Notes: generated by a model not told the origin, from the sequence alone. 64,000 bases of DNA from an uncultured Verrucomicrobiae bacterium (GCA_963769025.1 CAVYKI010000003.1:736001-800000), one strand, 5' to 3'; counted from the stretch's first letter, positions 40,047 to 51,137 are shown. Translations and numbers: made by a program.

Positions 40047-41033
40047 TCAGATCACCTGCTTCGTTCCCTCGAAATCGAAGCGGAAACGCACCTCGCGTCA
40101 GGCCGGCCTGCCGCATCGCATGCCGCAGACGCGTTCTTGTCCTCGGCGTAAGAACATCAGGAATCCGCCGCCGCCCGCGCCGATGAGCTTTCCGCCGAGC
40201 GCGCCATTCGCCATCGCAAGGTCGTACCATTCGTTGATCTGCGGGTTGCTCATCCCGCCGGAGCGCTCCTTTTTCCGCTGCCAGTGCACGTCCATCAGCC
40301 GCGCGAATTCGCGCAGATCGCCGGACTCGAGCGCCTCCTTGCTCTGGAGCCCGAGCTCCTTGACGAAGTGCAGATTGTCCACCATCGCCCTGTCCAGGCT
40401 CTTGGTCCGGTCGTTCTGCTCCTTCAGGATCGCAGACGCCGAACGCGTGTAGCCGGTGAAGAACAGCAGCAGGTTGTCCTCCAGATTGAAGAGCGTCTCC
40501 TCGTCGATTTTCACGCGGCAGGACCTCGACCTTGCCGCCCGGGAGAAAATGAAACGAGGTGAGGCCGCCGACCGCCGCGATGTACTGGTCCTGCTTGCCG
40601 ATCGGCTCGTCGCAGCTTCTCGATCTCGATCTCGCAGGCCTGCGCCGCGATCTCCGCCGGGACGCACGATGTTCTTTCTGTAAGCGTGCAGCGCCTTCAG
40701 CAGCGCGGTCGTGAAGCTGCCCGACGAGCCAAGCCCCGTGCCCGCCGGGATGTCCGCCATCGAGGTCGAGTTCCAGATATGCGCGCATCCACACCGACGC
40801 AGCTTCAGCGCTTCGCGGATGATCGGGTGCTCGAGCTCGTCCACGCTCTTCACGCGCTCGAGCTTCGAGTACTTGACGATCAGCTCGTGCACGAAGGTCC
40901 GGTGCAGCGTGATGTAGACGTATTTGTCGATCGCCGCCGCGATGAGGAAGCCGCCGTGCTCTTCGTAGTAGGACGGCAGGTCGGTGCCGCCGCCGCCGAG
41001 GGAGATGCGAAGGGGTGAGCGTGTGATGATCAT
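40047..41033 (-). CDS. GHMP kinase, HddA (heptose-7-phosphate kinase)-like; several frameshifts
   Basis: MIITRSPLRISLGGGGTDLPSYY, ADIPAGTGLGSSG, PIGKQDQY, GGKLIGAGGGGFLMF, FRFDFEG. Confidence 0.88.
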
Positions 41034-42025
41034 GCGTAGCCGCTCTTTTTGTAAATCGTCTCGACGATACGCAGCGCCGCCGCGCGCTTCGCGCAAGCCC
41101 GGGGTTCGGCGCGCGCCCGAGGCGGATGTCTTCGATGAAAGCCTCCGCACTCCAGCCGCCACGACTCGTCGCCGCGCGGATACTCGAAGATCGTCGTCTC
41201 CGGCGGCCCCATCTCCGGCAGCATCTTGTAAAAGTGCAGCCGCTCGACGCCGTAGCTGCCGCCGAGTCCTTCGATGTGCAGCTTCCCGTCGCGACCGTAG
41301 ATTTCGAGGGAGAACAGATTCTTCCACTCCGTGCAGCTCACGTGCAGCCACGCGGTCTGGTCCTGCGCGGTGCGGAGATTGAGGAACGCGTTGTCGTCCA
41401 CCGGCATGTCCCAGAAGTAGGTCGTCGCGTGACCCGTCGATGCTCGTGAAATCGCCGAGGAACCAGCGGGCGAGATCGATCAGATGCACGCCCTGGTCGA
41501 TGAGTTCGCCGCCGCCGGAGAGCTTCGGATCGGCGCGCCATTCGCGGTCGTAGCCCGACCCGTCCGCCGTGCCCGTAGCGCCCGCGGAGAAACATCAGCG
41601 GCCCGAGCGACGCCGGAGTCCGCAAGCTCGCGCGCCTTTTGCAGCGCCGGGTGGAAGCGGTGATTGTATCCCACGCGGACAATCACGCGCTTCTCCTCCG
41701 CCAGCACGCGAAGCGCTTCCGCCTCGTCCGCCAGGAATGCACCGGGCTTCTCGACGAGCACGTGCTTGCTGGCGCGGATCGCGTCCCCGGTCAGCGGGGA
41801 AAGGGCGGAGTTCACCGTGGAAACGATCACCGCATCCACGTCCGCCGACTTGAAGACCTCCGCCGGATCCGTCACCGCGCGGCATCCCGGCACCGTCGCG
41901 GCAAGCGACTCAGCCCGCCCGCGATCGAGATCGCACACGACGGCGAGCGAGCCCGCCGGCAGGCACGCCGCGCGCTTTTTTCCAATCAGCCCGCAACCGA
42001 TGATCGCAAATCTCACCGCGCTCAT
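41030..42025 (-). CDS. Gfo/Idh/MocA oxidoreductase; several frameshifts
   Basis: AIIGCGLIG, HVLVEKP, VGYNHRFHP, GGGEL.DQG.HLIDL; ATGA overlaps on both sides. Confidence 0.88.
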
Positions 42026-42886
42026 TGTTCCCACTTTTTGCCCCGGTCCTCGGGCACGATTCGCCGCAGTGTGTAGATGTCGCCGAATTCGTCGCTTGTG
42101 CGTGTGCAGCGTCGCTCCACGGGTCCCACTGCGCGGAGATGAGCCGCCCCGTCACGCCGTCACTGTCTCTGCTGCGCGAGGTATGCGCAGAGATTTGCCG
42201 CGAGTCCTGGCGGCGTGGCGCCATCCTCGGCCCACTTCTCATTCTTCGCGTAAAATGCCGCGCCGACTTTCTCCGGCCCGGCGTCGAGGACCTCCTGCGA
42301 TCATGCGCGTCTTGAGCGCGCCGGGCGCGACGGCGTTCACGTCGATGCCGTGCGGCTTCAGCTCCTCGGCCAGCGTCTCCATCAGCCGCACGACCGCCGC
42401 CTTCGACGCCGCGTAGGCACTGATGTTCGGCAGCGGATTCGTCGCGCCGCCACCGGAGATGATGATGATCTTCCCTCGGGCCGCGGCCTTGAAGTGCGGG
42501 ATCAGCGCGCGGCACGGCAGCAGCACGCCGTAGAGGTTGATCTCAATCGCGCGCGCCCACTCGGCAAATGGCACCGTCCTCGGTCGGCCCCATCGGGCCG
42601 TAGACGCCGGCGTTGTTCACGAGGATGTGGATGGCACCCATCTCCGCCAACGCGCCGGCGACCAGCTCATTCACCTGCGGCTCGTAGGAAACATCGCACG
42701 TGCGCGCGAGCACCTTCTGCCCGGCTGCGCGACCGCCGCGAGTTCCGCGCGCGTCTTCTCGAGCAGCGCCGCGTCCCGCGCGCAGATCATCACGCTCGCG
42801 CCTTCGCGGACGAAGTTCTCCGCAATGGCCCGACCCAGGCCCTGGCTGCCGCCGGTGATGAGCGCGTTGAGTCCCTGGAGTTTCAT
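42022..42886 (-). CDS. Short-chain dehydrogenase/reductase; several frameshifts
   Basis: ALITGGSQGLG, LVNNAG, SGGGA, YAASK, VNAVAPG; ends DIYTLRRIVPEDRGKKWEQ*. Confidence 0.88.
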
Positions 42887-44156
42887 GTGGCTTTTCCCAC
42901 GGAGAAGTAACGGAGCCCCGCCGTCGCCGGCAGCACGGAATTCACAAAACGATTCGCATCAAAAATCAGCGGGCGGCGCATCGTGGGAATTAATTCCGCC
43001 CACGGCAGCGCCTTGAATTCCGGCCACTCGGTGCAGACGACCGCAGCGTCCGCACCAGCGAGTGCGCTGCTGGGATCGGGCGCCATCGTCGCACGCCGCG
43101 AGGTTGGCGGGCAGTTGCCTTGCCGCCGGATCAAACGCGCGGACCTCGCACCCTTCCGCGAGCAGCCGTTCGCAAAGCTCGACCGCATGCGCTGCGGCGC
43201 AGCGTGTCCGTCCCCGGCGTGTAGGTCAGCCCGAGCACGGCGACCGCGACGCCGCGCAGCGCGCCGACCTCGTCCTTCAGCCGGCGCAGCGCCCAGCCCT
43301 TGTGCCGGTCGTTGCTCTGCTTGATGGCCGGGATGAGTGCGAGCGGCTCTCCGCGGCTCGCGGCGAGTTGCGTGAGCGCCACCACGTCGCGAGCGAGCGT
43401 CCCGCCTGCGAACGCCGCGCCGGGTCCGAGATACGCCCGCTGCCCGATGCGGATGTCGCTCTTCAGCCCGGCCTCGACCTCCTTCGCATCTGCACCGGTC
43501 AGCTCGCAGAGCCGGGCGATTTCGTTGGCGAATGTCATCGACAGCGCGAGGAACGAATTGAGCGCGTGCTTGGTCATCTCCGCCGACTCCGTGCTCATCC
43601 AGATCACATTCGCGCAAAACGGGCGGAACAACTCGGAAAGCAACGCGCGATCCGCTTCGTTGCGGCAGCCCGCGACGATGCGCTCCGGCTCGTTAAAAAC
43701 CTTCAGCGCTCCGCCGAGCCGCAAATTCTCCGGCGAGCATGCGAAACGCAACGCCGGAAATTCCGTCTCGAGCCGGCGACACGTCCCGCCGGCAGCTGCG
43801 ACGAAATGAGAAACAGCGCGTCCGCCATTTGACGCAGGAACGATTCGCCGGATGCGCTCCATGACAAACTCCGCGTCCGACTCATCGTCGTCGTTCACCG
43901 GCGTATCGTAGGTGACCCACACCACGTCGGCATCCGCGCACGCCGTGTTTGCATCCGTGGCAAAGTCCAGCCTCCCGCTGCGCAGCCCGTCGCGGGTGAG
44001 GTCCTCGAGGCCCGGCTCGAAGAGCGGCGGCCTTCCCTCGCGCAGCGCCGCGATGTTGCCCGCGTCGAAATCGAGCCCGATCACCGCGAAGTGCCGCGCG
44101 CAGCAGGCCGCCGTCACGCACCCGAGATGCCAGAGCCCGAGGACGGCGATCTTCAT
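42883..44156 (-). CDS. UDP-glucose/GDP-mannose dehydrogenase homologue lacking the catalytic Cys; frameshift(s)
   Basis: MKIAVLGLWHLG, LFEPGL, YDTP, SPENLRLG, SAEMTKHALN, FANEI, D.RIG..AYL.PG, FAGGTLARD, CTEWPEF. Confidence 0.88.
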
Positions 44157-45125
44157 CGCCGCGTGAGCACCCACTGGTTTTGCTGCAGCCACTGCAGCGT
44201 GCGCACGATGCCCTGCTCGATGCGTGAGCTTCGGCTGCCAGCCGGTGGCGCGGATTTTTGCGGTGTCGAGGAAGATGAACGGGTTGTCGCCGATCCAGCC
44301 GCGCTCGCCGCCGGTGAATTTCAGCTCCGGCTTGAGCCCGAGGTGCGCGCAGATCCAGCCGATCGAATCGGTCACCTGGCAGTACTCCGCCGTGCCGAGA
44401 TTGTAGATCTGCACGCGGTGCTTCGCCTTCTCCGCCGTGCGCGCGTTGACGACATGGAGGATCGCATCCACGCAGTCCTGCACGTAGAGATACGACTTCC
44501 GCTGCGTGCCGTCGCCGAGCACGGTGAGGTGATCCGGGTGTTCGAGCAGCTGCTTGTAGAAATCGAACACGTGCCCGTGCGTGTAGCGCTCGCCGAGGAT
44601 CGACACGAAACGGAAGATGTAACCCTCGAAGCCGAAGCCCTCGCAGTACGCCTCGATCAGATTTTCACCCGCGACCTTCGACGCGCCGTAGAGCGAAGTC
44701 TGGATCGGGAACGGCGCATCCTCCGGCGTCGGGATCACCGGCGCCTCGCCGTACACCGAGCCGGTCGAGGAGAACGCGATGCGCCTGATGCCGTTCGCGC
44801 GCATCGCCTCGAGCACATTGAAGGTCGCGATGGTGTTCTGCTGCAGGTCGCGGCCAGGATGCTCGGTGCCGAAACGCACGTCCGCATTTGCCGCGAAATG
44901 AAACACCATGTCGCAGCCTGCCATCGCCTTCGTCAGCGCCGCCGCATCGAGGTTGTCCCCTCGGTGGAGGACGAACCCCGGCTGCTTCCTTGCCGGCTCC
45001 AAGAACTCCTCCTGCCCCGCGGAAAAATTATCCCAGCCAACGACCTGAATGCCGAGTGCGAGCAACCGGTCCGCCATGGTGCTGCCGATGAATCCGGCGA
45101 CGCCTGTGATGAAAATTTTCTCCAT
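44153..45125 (-). CDS. NAD-dependent sugar-nucleotide epimerase/dehydratase; +1 indel near 44224
   Basis: ITGVAGFIGS, HFAANADVR, FSSTGSVYG, YGASK, GDGTQRKSY; the true end IEQGIVRTLQWLQQNQWVLTRR* overlaps the next ATG. Confidence 0.9.
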
Positions 45126-45197
45126 GAACCGCGCGAGTGTCGGCGGGGACTTTCGCGGTTGTCCAGCGAACAAACGCAGCGTTCGCCCGTCGCGTGC

Positions 45198-46220
45198 CTA
45201 CGGTTTGCGTTCGCCGCGCACCTTCGCCTTCTCCTCGCCGTATTTGTAAAAGGGCTCTCGGAAAAGGTAGAGCAGCCAGTGCGCAAATCCGGCGAGCGGC
45301 GAATGGTAGCCGAGCCAAGCGAGGAACGCGCTGTTAAAGCAGGCCAGCCCCGGGTAATCGGTCCACTTGCGGGTGAGGAAAAACGGCTTCCGTTGGAACT
45401 TCGCGATGTCGTCGTTGATGCGAATTTCCTCGAAGGGACACCACCAGCCGCGCGATCTGAAGTGCCGCAGGTAGCTCACCCGCTCCTCATCGATCTGCAT
45501 CAGCCGGCAGCATGCACGGTCCGCGGCGACGAGATCGTTCGACCCGAGCACGACATTGAAATCCACGACATCCCCGAGCATCGGCCCGGTGCGATTCAGC
45601 CCGTAGCGGCCGTCGATGATCGAGTAGGCATTCGGCAGGCGGCTGTTCAACTGGTACATGACCTCTGCAAAGTAAGGATGCAGCTTCAGCCGCACGTTCG
45701 GTTCCTGGATGCAGCCCCACTGGTTCTTGATCGACATCGAGACCAGCGTGTTCATGTGGATCTTCGGGACTGGCAGCGTGATGAACGCATCAATCTCGTG
45801 CAGGAGCAGCCGCGGCACCGGCACGCGCAGCCGCCGCCAGCCGGCGCGCACATCGATCCACTCCGGCTCCGTGAAGCTGAGATTGATCACCTCCGCACCG
45901 GCCTCCTTCGCCATTTCGTAGATGCCCATTCCCTTGAAAACCTCGTCCATCGAGAAGCGGTTGTAGCCGCCGCTGTCCGCCTCGCCGATGACGACGCGGT
46001 AGCCGTGGCGGATGAGGCACAACGTCACCGCACGGAGGCAATCCAGCGAGGTCATCACGCCGGGGCGGAACTCGGGAAATGTGAGATTCGGCTTCAGGAA
46101 AACCCGCGCCCCGGGCGCGACGTTCTCGAAGAAACCGATCTGCGCGAGCGTCTCCTCGATCACCGGTGCGTAGCCGCCGGCTTCGAGGCTCTTGATGAAT
46201 ACGACGGGCTGTTTGCTCAT
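45198..46220 (-). CDS. DUF362 domain protein
   Basis: VFLKPNL, IGEAD, LPVPKIH..T.VS.SIKN.WG, IIDG..GL...GP, D.VAAD. Confidence 0.85.
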   Translation of the reverse strand: MSKQPVVFIKSLEAGGYAPVIEETLAQIGFFENVAPGARVFLKPNLTFPEFRPGVMTSLDCLRAVTLCLIRHGYRVVIGEADSGGYNRFSMDEVFKGMGIYEMAKEAGAEVINLSFTEPEWIDVRAGWRRLRVPVPRLLLHEIDAFITLPVPKIHMNTLVSMSIKNQWGCIQEPNVRLKLHPYFAEVMYQLNSRLPNAYSIIDGRYGLNRTGPMLGDVVDFNVVLGSNDLVAADRACCRLMQIDEERVSYLRHFRSRGWWCPFEEIRINDDIAKFQRKPFFLTRKWTDYPGLACFNSAFLAWLGYHSPLAGFAHWLLYLFREPFYKYGEEKAKVRGERKP

Positions 46221-47377
46221 TTGCGCTCCAGGCATTCCTGATAGACGCGCTCGATCCTGCCCGCCATGTCTTTCAGCGCGAAACGGTCGGCGATCCTCCG
46301 GCGTCCCGCCGCTCCGAAACGCCGCCGCAGTTCGCCATCGCGCAGGAGCGATTCCAGTTTCTCCGCGAGCGCCACGGCATCATCCGGTGGCACGAGGAAA
46401 CCGGTTTCGCCGTCTGCCACCTGCTCGGTGGAGCCGCCGATGTTCGTGGCAATCACAGGCAGGCCCATGCACATCGCCTCCATGACCACGCCGCCAAATG
46501 GCTCCGGTTGCGCGGACGGCAGCACGAAGATGTCCATCGCCGAATAGGCGGGACGCGGATCGGGGAGTTCGCCCGTGAAAATCACGTCCGCTTCGAGGCC
46601 GAACTCGCGCACGATTCCGTGCAACGCGGCGAGATGCGATTCGTTGCCGGGGAACGGCGCGCCGACGACGAGGAATTTCGCCCGAACCCCGCGCTGGCGG
46701 AGCAACCCTGCGGCGCGCAGCAAGACCTCCTGCCCTTTTCGCCGGAGTTTGATCCGCCCGACGCAACCGACCACCGGCCCGTCCCCGAGCGCGTGCTGCG
46801 CGCGAAATTCCGCGCCACCCTGACGGTCGCCGCGTTCGAATTCCGCGATGTCGAAGCCGTTGTTGATCACCGTGACTTTCGCGCGATCGTTGAACTGCCC
46901 GGCGATCGCCTCCGAAACGGCGATGATGCGCACGGCAAAAACGCGCATCCATTTTTCATGGAAGCGCCAGAAGCCGCGGAACTCCTGGAACCAGTCGCGG
47001 ATGTGCCAGACATGCGGCAGGCCCGCGAGCCAAGCCGCCGGGCCTGGGGAGAGGATCACGCCGGTGTTCGAGTGGACGAGCACGATGCGTTCGCGCTTCA
47101 GGATCGCGAGCACGCCCAGCACCGAGCGCGGGATGTTCAGCAAAAAAAACGGCAGCCGCCAGGACTTGAGGACTGCGCGGTCGATGACGCTGAGCGGCGG
47201 ATAGACGAGCACTCGCACGCCGGTAGCGCGCAATTGCTCCGCGAGCGGGCCCTCGGCGGGCAGCATCACGAACGGCTCGTAGCGCTGCCGGTCCAGCGTG
47301 CGCAGCAGCCGCAGGAGCGAGCGGCTCGCGCCGTAGATGTCGGCGCTGTTGTGAACGTAGAGAATGCGGTCCGGCAT
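46217..47377 (-). CDS. Glycosyltransferase family 4
   Basis: YGASRSL, VGRI...KG, DIFVLPS..PEPFGGVVMEAM, DGETGFLV. Confidence 0.92.
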   Translation of the reverse strand: MPDRILYVHNSADIYGASRSLLRLLRTLDRQRYEPFVMLPAEGPLAEQLRATGVRVLVYPPLSVIDRAVLKSWRLPFFLLNIPRSVLGVLAILKRERIVLVHSNTGVILSPGPAAWLAGLPHVWHIRDWFQEFRGFWRFHEKWMRVFAVRIIAVSEAIAGQFNDRAKVTVINNGFDIAEFERGDRQGGAEFRAQHALGDGPVVGCVGRIKLRRKGQEVLLRAAGLLRQRGVRAKFLVVGAPFPGNESHLAALHGIVREFGLEADVIFTGELPDPRPAYSAMDIFVLPSAQPEPFGGVVMEAMCMGLPVIATNIGGSTEQVADGETGFLVPPDDAVALAEKLESLLRDGELRRRFGAAGRRRIADRFALKDMAGRIERVYQECLERK

Positions 47378-47383
47378 GGTTGC

Positions 47384-48745
47384 TTACTTCGAGCGGTGCA
47401 GATTGCGCACGTAGAGGAATTTCCCGCTGCCGGAAGCCGGGATGTCCGGCACGCGGTCGATGGCGAGTTGCGCGCCAGGGCCCAGCACTTTCCCGAGATC
47501 GTCGCGGATGCGCGCCGCTGTCTCACGAAATGCATCGTCGGACAACGAACCGTCCATCTGCATCGCGAGCGAATAGTCCGCGGCGCCGTGCTGGACGAAC
47601 TGGAATTTTCCAAGCGCGCCCGCGTTGTGGACGACGCCGACCAAATGGCGGATGAAAATGGGGCTCACGTACGCGCCGTCTGCGGCTGTGATGAATTCGG
47701 AGATGCGGCCCTCGACGCGTTCGAGCAGCGGCAGCGGCGAGCCGCAGGGGCAAAGGCCGTCCTTCAGCGCGCCCATGTCGCCGATCTCGTAGCGGATGAT
47801 CGGGAAGCGGCGGTTGTTCAAGAGCGTCACGAGAATTCGGCCCATCGTGCCGGCGGGCACTGACTGGCCGTGGTCATCCACGATCTCGAGATGCACGCCG
47901 GTTTGGTAAATGTGGAAGCCACCCGCAGCGCATTCGCAGGCCATGTCCGCGCATTCGCGGCTGCCGTACTTGTTATGAACGCGCGCACCGAAGACCCGGC
48001 GGATGATGTTGCGATTCTCCTCCGTCACGGTGCCGGCGCAGGCCATCACGGACTTCAGCGGACGCATTTGCATCCCCCGCTTCTCGATGAAGCGCGCGAG
48101 CTGCTCGGCGGCATCCACGTAGGCCATGAGGTGCATGAGCGATGAGCCATTGATCTCCTGCGCGTAGGCCATCATGCGCGCTTCGTCCATGAGGAAGGCA
48201 TTGAGCGGACGCGCCTGGAGCAGCTCGGTGAGGATGCGCTTCTGTGCGGAGTCCTTCGCCTCGCTGATGTCGCGCATCGAGCCCCACAGCATGAAGAACG
48301 GCGTGCCGAGGGCGAACCCGCACAGATGCTGCGAATACAACCGGCCAGCGCGGCCCCAGTCGCGGAAGTCGCGATCGTGGATGACTCGCGTCGGCGTGCC
48401 GGTGGAGCCGCCGGTCTTCACGTCGACCCACGAGTAGCGCCGCTTTCGTTTCTCGCCGCGGTATTCCGCGAGCAGCGAGGGCTCCATCATTTCCCCGAAA
48501 TGCGCATGCACGTCGTTTTTCCGCAGCACCGGAAACGCCGCGAGCTCCGCGCTCTGCACGCGGTCGCGATAGTACGGCACATTTTCCACCGCATGCCGCA
48601 GCAGCGCGGTGAGGCGCTCGTGGTGGACGTCCGCGAGGCGCGCGGGAGTCCATTTTTCCACGTCGAGAAACTCGCGGTAATGCGTGCGCAAATCCGAGCC
48701 GAGCAGGTCGTGGCCGATGAGGAACGCGTGCTTTCGCCAGTTCAT
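47384..48745 (-). CDS. Phenylacetate-CoA ligase-like (CapK/PaaK) adenylate-forming protein
   Basis: HAVENVPYYR, FPVLRK, TGGSTGTP P-loop, YGSRE, PIIRYEIGD, CPCG, SGKF. Confidence 0.88.
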   Translation of the reverse strand: MNWRKHAFLIGHDLLGSDLRTHYREFLDVEKWTPARLADVHHERLTALLRHAVENVPYYRDRVQSAELAAFPVLRKNDVHAHFGEMMEPSLLAEYRGEKRKRRYSWVDVKTGGSTGTPTRVIHDRDFRDWGRAGRLYSQHLCGFALGTPFFMLWGSMRDISEAKDSAQKRILTELLQARPLNAFLMDEARMMAYAQEINGSSLMHLMAYVDAAEQLARFIEKRGMQMRPLKSVMACAGTVTEENRNIIRRVFGARVHNKYGSRECADMACECAAGGFHIYQTGVHLEIVDDHGQSVPAGTMGRILVTLLNNRRFPIIRYEIGDMGALKDGLCPCGSPLPLLERVEGRISEFITAADGAYVSPIFIRHLVGVVHNAGALGKFQFVQHGAADYSLAMQMDGSLSDDAFRETAARIRDDLGKVLGPGAQLAIDRVPDIPASGSGKFLYVRNLHRSK

Positions 48746-50103
48746 TCCAGTTCGATGTGATCCCGCCAGCCGGGCGGAGGGAGAAAGCGCCGGAGCACCG
48801 GAATGGCGTCGATGCCGCGGTCGCTGCGCTGCCCGTTCAGATCCACGGCGAACGCAGCCGGGTCGAAGCCGCCGAATGCCGCGTCCGGGAACCGGCGCCA
48901 GTTCGCGAGCAGGCGGATTTTCCGGAAATCGAAACCCATCATCCTGGCCATCGCAAAATCGACGAGGAACGGATTGCGCGCCGCGAGCATCACGCCGGCC
49001 TGCACGGGCAGCGGCTGCAGCGGGCCGTTGCCCTCGCCCGCGACGATGCCGTCCATGATGGAAACAAACTGCCGCTGCGGATCGGCGCGGAGCGGACCGC
49101 CATGGGCGTGGGCGAAAAGAATGATGCGGTTCAGATCGTACACCATGCGCCAGATCGAGTCGTTCCCGTACCACGAGCCGGAGCCGACATAGAAGGTGCC
49201 GCCGAGATTTTCCTTCGTGCCGACGGTCTTGATTCCCCGGAGCTTCTTCACCACCTCCCATCCGCCCTTGAGCACCTTGAAAAGCAGGCGCGATTTTTTT
49301 TGGAAGCGCTCACGCAGCCGGGCCTGCAGAAGCATCCAGCGCGACACGTTTTCCGGAAATTCGTCGCCGCCGGCCGACGGGAGTCCCAGCTGGTGGTGCA
49401 CGAGGTAGGCCTTGGAGCCGTTGATGCCGACGAGATTCTTGAGCGCGCCGGTGACGCCGGTCTTCTGGTGCGTCTTCATCTTCGGCAGATTGATGACGAG
49501 GTCGGCCTCGAGCACGGTGCGTGCGATGAGGTAGCGGTGCTGGCCCTTGCGATGCACGCTCACGGTCTCGGCGGGATCGTAGTCGGAGACGCGGAAGGAC
49601 GCGGCGTTGTGGCTGACTTCCTCGAGGAGGCTCGAGTCGTCGATGACGATCTCGCTGTAGCCGAGCGGGTCGCCGGGATGCGCCGTGTCGAGTTCGAGAA
49701 AACCGCCTTCGGGCCGCCAGCGTTCGCGGCGCAGGTCGAGGAACTGGATCGCCGGCTGCGTGTGGCCGCGATATTTCCCGATGAGCCGATCCACGCCCGC
49801 CTGCGCGAGCAGCGCGGACCAGTCGCACGTCTGGAGCGGCACGTCGCCGATGGTGAGCTTTTCCAGCCGCGGATATTTTTGCAGGCACGCCTGGATGCAC
49901 TGGTCGATCAGCTCCGTGCTGGTGACCAATGCGGCGATGGGAAATTCCGCGTGCTCCTGGTGCTTCACCCAGTTCGGCTTGATCATCACCTTGCGGAAGT
50001 CGCCCTCGGGAAGATTGCGCAGGATGAACGCAGAAGCCTCGTCCGGACGGGCGATCAGCACGTCGAGGAAAGGCGGTGTCGCGGCGCGGTTCACCGGCTC
50101 CAT
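48742..50103 (-). CDS. DUF362 domain protein (second, larger)
   Basis: VMIKPNWV.H, IGDVP, VINLPKMKTHQKTGVTGALKNLVG, DGIVAGEGNGP, MGFD...I. Confidence 0.85.
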   Translation of the reverse strand: MEPVNRAATPPFLDVLIARPDEASAFILRNLPEGDFRKVMIKPNWVKHQEHAEFPIAALVTSTELIDQCIQACLQKYPRLEKLTIGDVPLQTCDWSALLAQAGVDRLIGKYRGHTQPAIQFLDLRRERWRPEGGFLELDTAHPGDPLGYSEIVIDDSSLLEEVSHNAASFRVSDYDPAETVSVHRKGQHRYLIARTVLEADLVINLPKMKTHQKTGVTGALKNLVGINGSKAYLVHHQLGLPSAGGDEFPENVSRWMLLQARLRERFQKKSRLLFKVLKGGWEVVKKLRGIKTVGTKENLGGTFYVGSGSWYGNDSIWRMVYDLNRIILFAHAHGGPLRADPQRQFVSIMDGIVAGEGNGPLQPLPVQAGVMLAARNPFLVDFAMARMMGFDFRKIRLLANWRRFPDAAFGGFDPAAFAVDLNGQRSDRGIDAIPVLRRFLPPPGWRDHIELE

Positions 50104-50945
50104 CGGAAGGAGGGTTTCGCGACGTGAAAGGAGGTACGCGCGGACGGATCGAGATAGACGGAATAGTCGAACGGCGCGTGGCGGTAGGCGCCGTGGAGCA
50201 GCTTGCGCAGCCGGTAGTGCGCGAGCACGGCGAGACGCAGGGCCCGCGCCCAACCGGGTGCGGAGGCGATGAGTTGCGCCTGCTCCCGCACGCCGCGCTC
50301 GGAGAGCATCATGTTGGAACCGTGGTCGAGGAACGTGGAGGTGATGCGCGGGAGGATGCCCATCGGCACGCCGGTGTCGATCAGGCGCATGACCCATTCG
50401 CCATCGCCGATCGCACAGCGGTCGGGATTGAAGAGCAACCCGCGGTCGAGGATCGCCTGTCTCCGAAAAAAGGTCGCGCAGGTCAGGATCGCCAGGTTGC
50501 CGCTCACCCACGTGTGGATTTTGCCGGGCAGGATCGCCTTCCGCAGGCAGAGGCACCGTCCCTGCGCGTCGATCACCAGAGCATGGGCAAAGGCCACATC
50601 GACGGCCGGATTTTCGTCGAAGTATTTCCCGACGGCCTCCAGCGCCCCCGGGAGATACTGCTCATCGCAATTCAGGTACGCGGCGATTTCGCCGCTCGCG
50701 CGCTGGAGGCCGCGGTTGATCGCGTCGTACATCCCGGTGTCCTTTTCCACGAAGAGCCGGAAGGCGCGCGCAGGGTCGCCGCGCTGCAGCCCAGCCGCCC
50801 ACGCCTCCAGCTCGGGGCCGGTTCCGGCATCCTGCACGATGTGCTCGCTGGTCACGCCTTCCTGATCGGCGACGGAAGCCGCCGCCAGTTTGAGCCAGGC
50901 CAATTGTCGAAAGCTGGGGGTGATGATCGAGAACTTCGGCCGCAT
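50091..50945 (-). CDS. Glycosyltransferase family 2
   Basis: FSIITPSF, EHIVQD, EKDTGMYDAINRG, YLNCDE. Confidence 0.9.
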   Translation of the reverse strand: MRPKFSIITPSFRQLAWLKLAAASVADQEGVTSEHIVQDAGTGPELEAWAAGLQRGDPARAFRLFVEKDTGMYDAINRGLQRASGEIAAYLNCDEQYLPGALEAVGKYFDENPAVDVAFAHALVIDAQGRCLCLRKAILPGKIHTWVSGNLAILTCATFFRRQAILDRGLLFNPDRCAIGDGEWVMRLIDTGVPMGILPRITSTFLDHGSNMMLSERGVREQAQLIASAPGWARALRLAVLAHYRLRKLLHGAYRHAPFDYSVYLDPSARTSFHVAKPSFRWSR

Positions 50946-51137
50946 GCGCGCGGCTACAGTGAGCGCGCACGCGGAATCCCGCAAGGCGGCGCTCGCCGCC
51001 AGCCGGATGGATGGCGATAGGCGCGCCTCTTTGCACTTTACTGGCCGCACGGGCTGTCCCTACCGTCCGCGCGCCTTTCACAGCCGATTCCGGGTGGCCT
51101 TTCGTGCGCTCCGGTCGCACAACGGCCCAACCCATCC

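Noticed and set aside
40098..41489. Apparent Gfo/Idh/MocA-GHMP kinase fusion
   Set aside because: Patchwork of frames caused by indels; a separate stop/start overlap exists at 41030-41033
43131..45173. 680-aa apparent epimerase-dehydrogenase fusion in the ORF track
   Set aside because: A +1 indel near 44224 bypasses the epimerase's own end and stop (44153), which overlaps the dehydrogenase ATG; these are two genes
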